Shown: positions 62,754 through 64,000 of the stretch, in pieces
Numbering within the stretch: the first letter of the stretch is position 1
Layout of the letters: each line of letters starts with the position of its first letter
Origin: Verrucomicrobiota bacterium
Lineage (GTDB): Bacteria > Verrucomicrobiota > Verrucomicrobiia > Limisphaerales > BJHT01
DNA length: 64,000 nt
Assembly: GCA_014193395.1 (NCBI GenBank)
Contig: BJHT01000007.1
Coordinates: 1,005-65,004 of the forward strand
Reading direction: 5' to 3'
Position numbers and translations under genes: made by a program
Notes under the pieces: model-generated
What the model was told of the DNA's origin: nothing
Seen by the model: only the letters and a program-made list of their open reading frames with translations
Databases searched by the model: none

Positions 62754-63353
62754 TCAGTGCTCGCGCACCGACTTGATGAACACCGCCACCGCCTGCGCCT
62801 CCGAACCGCTGAGCTTGGCCTTCCCGCGCATGCTGCCGAAGATCGAGTCCCACTGCTTCTCGTCGTAGATCGACGGGTCGTACAGATGATGGCAGTCGTA
62901 GCACTTGCGATTAAACACCTCGCGCCCCTCGCGAATCTGCGCCGCCGACAGCCCCGCCTGAAACGCCCCCACCAGCGGCACCACCAGCTTCCCTGCAGTC
63001 TCCTCAACCCGCTCCGGCGCACTGCTTTTGACCGCCTTGGCTGCCGCCGCCCGCGCCTCCGCGACGACCGGTTTGCCGCCCTTCTGCTTGATGTAAAACG
63101 CCGCCCCCGCGCCCGCGACCGACAGCACGAGCACCACCGCCGCCGCGACCAGCAGCACCTTGCGCGAACGCCCGCCCTTCGGCCCGCCACCACTCCCGTC
63201 CGCGTCGTCCGCTGCGACCGCCGCTGCGCCCGCACGCAAGACCGTGGTCTTCTGACACAACGGACACTCGACCTCCGCGCCCGCATCCGTCGCGGCGAAC
63301 TCGAGCAACCCACCGCACTGCGAACACGGGCCTTTTAGATTCGTTTCCATCAT
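62754..63353 (-). CDS. Membrane-anchored protein: N-terminal zinc-ribbon, one TM, C-terminal CxxCH (c-type heme-binding) domain
   Basis: 199 aa with CSQC..x17..CPLC, the TM VLLVAAAVVLVLSVAGAGAAFYI, and CYDCHH in the C-terminal ~70 aa. Confidence 0.6.
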   Translation of the reverse strand: MMETNLKGPCSQCGGLLEFAATDAGAEVECPLCQKTTVLRAGAAAVAADDADGSGGGPKGGRSRKVLLVAAAVVLVLSVAGAGAAFYIKQKGGKPVVAEARAAAAKAVKSSAPERVEETAGKLVVPLVGAFQAGLSAAQIREGREVFNRKCYDCHHLYDPSIYDEKQWDSIFGSMRGKAKLSGSEAQAVAVFIKSVREH

Positions 63354-63505
63354 TCAACTTTCCTTCACATCTCACCGACCCGCACCGGGGTGGCGACAGC
63401 TTGTCGCCACGGCCTGCCATTTTTCCTTCAAGAGTTACCGCACCGACCCACACCGTGCCGAGCAATGCTCGGCGCTCCAATTTATGTGCAGCCTTCCCGC
63501 ACCGC

Positions 63506-64000
63506 TCACCGCCCGTCGCCGGGTTCCAACACGCAGCGAAAACCATACAGGCCGCTGCGCGCGCCCGGCAAATTTATATGCCGCCGCCCCGTCGCCAGGC
63601 TCTTCGGACTCCAGTAAATCCACGAAGCCCCGCGCAGCACCTTGTAGCGCCGTCCGCCGCCGTCATCCTCCAGCTTCTTATCATCCGCGCGCAGCGACGG
63701 GTCGTTCATCAGCTTCTGATACCAATCCTCGCACCACTCCGCCACGTTGCCGCCGAGATCGTAAATCCCGAACTGATTCGGCGCATAGCTCCCCACCGGC
63801 GCGGTGTTGTCCCCGGTCGAAGGCTTGTAACCCGGCAGGTTCGGCCAGTCCTTTTCCCCCGGCCATTTCTTCCCCCACGGAAACGGGTCCGGGCCGACCG
63901 CCGCGTCCCATTCCTTGTCCGTCGGCAGCCGATACCGATCCTTCGGACCGAGCCGGCCCTCCTTGCGTTCCTTCTCCGTCAGCCACCGGCAAAACGCGCT
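63506..64000 (-). CDS. FGE-sulfatase (SUMF1) domain protein, C-terminal part only; gene continues past the window end
   Basis: The reverse-strand frame is open from 64000: [36 protein letters not shown]...NVAEWCEDW...LRGASW...YGFRCV. The track only lists 63506..63796. Confidence 0.75.
   Translation of the reverse strand, partial: SAFCRWLTEKERKEGRLGPKDRYRLPTDKEWDAAVGPDPFPWGKKWPGEKDWPNLPGYKPSTGDNTAPVGSYAPNQFGIYDLGGNVAEWCEDWYQKLMNDPSLRADDKKLEDDGGGRRYKVLRGASWIYWSPKSLATGRRHINLPGARSGLYGFRCVLEPGDGR

Noticed and set aside
63354-63660. Possible diversity-generating retroelement target (FGE/CLec-fold C-terminus as variable region, with a template repeat downstream).
   Set aside because: The only similarity between the gene's 3' end and the downstream spacer is a ~13-nt CAATTTAT(G/A)TGC match. 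There is no ~100-nt A-mismatched template repeat and no reverse transcriptase in the window.

Overview
Very GC-rich (about 65% by eye) bacterial chromosomal segment with about 51 protein-coding genes. I found no rRNA, tRNA, CRISPR array or transposase. A DUF1559-type prepilin-like protein, a DUF1501 protein and many palindromic intergenic repeats suggest Verrucomicrobiota (Opitutales-like); this is inference only. Layout: (1) 0-17 kb central metabolism: glcD-like oxidase, MSOX-like oxidase, AGXT-type aminotransferase, pyruvate carboxylase, a secreted glycoside hydrolase, 2-oxoacid dehydrogenase E1a/E1b/E2 and RecD2. (2) 17.2-34.8 kb: a 17-gene nucleotide-sugar/glycan cluster. It holds several SDRs, a reversed-order HldE-like fusion, a UGDH-like protein lacking the catalytic Cys, a NUDIX protein, a split transketolase, methyl/acetyl/aminotransferases, WbuC, GT2 and GT4. 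It is interrupted by an inverted-repeat-bounded cassette carrying an orphan Panacea/DUF4065 gene. (3) 35-39 kb: pilin-like protein, esterase, DUF1501. (4) 39.4-42.8 kb: nirK (cytochrome c fusion)-nirV-SCO. (5) A secreted caspase-like protease coupled to a mini-lipoprotein. (6) alr, tsaB, tsaE, thiL, CPBP protease. (7) 49.8-56.8 kb: the most interesting locus. A polytopic membrane protein (DUF2135-like ectodomain, possible FHA-like tail) is divergent from a TerY-type vWA + PP2C + Ser/Thr kinase triad, followed by a radical SAM gene. (8) ilvE-mcsA-mcsB-clpC, a Zn-ribbon/TM/CxxCH protein and a truncated FGE-domain gene. Nearly every intergenic region carries one of at least 10 families of nested palindromic (REP/MITE-like) repeats. 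All functional calls come from motif recognition by eye in the supplied translations. No database search was run.
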